Positions 61,893-64,000 of a DNA stretch of 64,000 nucleotides are shown here, piece after piece; position 1 is the first letter of the stretch; each line of letters begins with the position of its first letter. Below the pieces are notes generated by a model. That model saw nothing but the letters and a program-made list of their open reading frames with translations, searched no databases and was not told the origin of the DNA. The stretch covers positions 1 to 64,000 of the forward strand of contig JBNGIO010006272.1 of assembly GCA_049999805.1 (NCBI GenBank), given 5' to 3'. The stretch comes from Folioceros fuciformis. Its lineage: Eukaryota. The translations under genes and the position numbers were made by a program.

Positions 61893-63464
61893 ATGCAACC
61901 CGAGGAGCCTGAAGGCAGCCCATGTTATCATCTGCGATCGAGGAACGTCCCTGCTAGGGTTACACCGGAGCGTGGACAAGCCAGGAGGAGGAGAGCTGCA
62001 CGTCAGCGACGTTTGTCTTGGGAAGACAAGGTCCAAGAGGACCATCAAGCTGGGCCAAGTGTTGTAGACCAACAGCAACCAGAAATCGAGAGTTGGTTTT
62101 CGTTTGTGGGCTGGATAGCCACAACTGCCCCCATAGTTCCTTTGGGAAGCCAAGGAGCTGGTTTTAATTGTCCTGTAGTCACAACTACGAGGTTAGGATC
62201 TCAAGGTCAGGCAGACCTCTTTGAGGATTTAGATACTGAATCCATGGAGGGAGAAGCACCTTACAAGCAGGAGAGATTCTCCGGAAGACTAGGGACATAG
62301 ACTTTGCGGGATTTTAGACTGCACCTCAATGCTGTCATCAGTTGGGTAAAATTCAAGCATGCTGGAGCTTACAACCATTTGTATATGTTCGAGCAGCTTT
62401 CAAGTTATCTAACAGATGAAGCTCTAGACCTTTATGAGCTGCATCAGGCTGAGCTCACAGCCATGGTGTCCACGCCTAATCCAAGGTTCTAGGAGGCTCT
62501 TCAGCTGGCTTACAACGTCAAGCTGGCTGCAGCCATGAGCAGGCCATTGTTGCAACCACGGTGGCACCAACAGTGCCACCCCCAACGGTCGTGACTCTTA
62601 CACTAGATAAAAGGATAGCAACCACTGTGGGCATACCCGATGAGCTGCAGGTTCCTAAGTATGCCAACCTCGTCGGAGAATTCATGGGCATTCTGGAGAA
62701 AGCCTTCCCATTGAAGACTCCGGAGAAAATTGCAGAGCTGGCATCTTTTGCTTGGAAGAAGGGAGAAACCGTGTAGATGGCGTTCCGTAGACTGCAGAAG
62801 CTATGTGAGGGCACAGGGATGCTAACGGACCAGGAGGCAGCAAAGAAATTCCTAACAGCCTTGGAAGGAGACCCACTCTTTCACTTTCAGCTCATCACAG
62901 CGTTGGTGGATATAAATGGTGAAAGGTATACCTTGGAGCAAGTACATAAAGAAGCTGAACGCAGGGAGATCGCTTTCTCTGCATATGCTTCACGACACTC
63001 CAAGGCATTTACTCATTACCAGTCTATTTTCTCCACAAAGGGGTCTACTGCAACAGGTTCATGGGCCAAGTCACAATAGGCAAAAGCCTGTCAAGGCTGG
63101 AGCAGCTGCAGCTACAGTTGCTTCTTTGTGCAACTACTATGGCAGTTTTGAGCATATGAGCCCAGCTTGCAAATGCCCACGGGAAGGCTTGTACTGTACA
63201 CATTGTCACAAGAATGGACATGTGGTCACGGTATGTTTTCAGAACCATCTAGAGAGAAGATCTCAAAAAAGTGCAAGCAGTGGGATAGGGACTACAACAG
63301 TCGATGCTGGAGGTACAACTACCACAGAAGCTAGTATTAGTGTTGGGGTCTCACGCAGCCGACAGCAAAGGAACAAGGCCAAAGCTAAGGCTGCATCCAA
63401 TGCAGAGAAGGTATCTAGATGCCCTAGAAGCCACTGTTGTTATCTTCACAGCTGTTCGCACTAA
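61893..63464 (+). mobile_element. LTR-retrotransposon gag pseudogene with zinc knuckles
   Basis: Gag-like segments (ERFSG..DFRLHL, QLSSYLTDEALDLY, FAWKKGETV, KFLTAL) broken by TAG stops and frameshifts. CNYYGSFEHMSPAC is a degenerate knuckle and CTHCHKNGHVVTVC is a CX2CX4HX4C knuckle. Confidence 0.75.
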
Positions 63465-64000
63465 CAGCCAGTGTTGTTGAACTGGTCAGAGACAAGGAGG
63501 AGGATTACAGCTCACCACATCAGGTGTGTGTCACCAACTGAATGGAGGCTGAGATGACAACTGCTGAGTTGCCACAGACGTGGGTAGGGCAACATCTATA
63601 CCCACCTGTGTTGGAGACAGCAGCAGGGCCAGTCACTTGGCAGCGAGGAGCGAGGGCGGTCATGCCCCAATCTTTTGCACCACTGTCACCAGGAAGTGCA
63701 ATCCATATCCGAGGGTAATAGCATTCCACATTGGCAGGAGGGCCACATGATAAGAATCATACACCATCTCAAGCAATGTGTGTTGCATTGATTCATAATA
63801 CAAAGTACATGCCTTCATGTAGGCAAGGTTGTTGTAACCGCTAAGTGCTAAGTGGTTGTAACAATTAACCAATTAAATAACTACTAAAAGAAACTACCTA
63901 GAGCCCTAAGGACTAAATTAATTATTAAGTCCTAGGTGCCCTAGCGAAGAGTGCCCTAATAGTAAGCTATTTTATCACTCCCACTCACTATGAACTAGGG

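Overview
This is gene-dense eukaryotic (land-plant) nuclear DNA with short introns, mostly about 70-150 bp GT-AG. The long-L PPR motifs and compact introns suggest a seed-free plant, possibly a hornwort (inference). In order, the window holds: GEX1, a DDT-PHD (PTM-like) chromatin protein, a PLS/E+ PPR gene, a DUF688-like ORF, a stomatin-like protein, AP-2 alpha-adaptin, an MRS2/CorA-family transporter, an AT-rich retroelement-relic block, a cluster of three AUX1/LAX genes interrupted by an intronless START-type PITP, NdhO (missed by the ORF track), a second DUF688-like ORF, a second PLS/E+ PPR gene, and LINE and LTR-gag relics. The most notable signals are (i) an intact MRS2 gene with SIN in place of the GMN selectivity motif, (ii) two of the three AUX/LAX paralogues with substitutions in normally conserved transmembrane motifs, and (iii) two deaminase-less PPR editing factors with a repeated 16-aa insert in their L motifs. 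All family calls come from motif recognition by eye; no searches were run.
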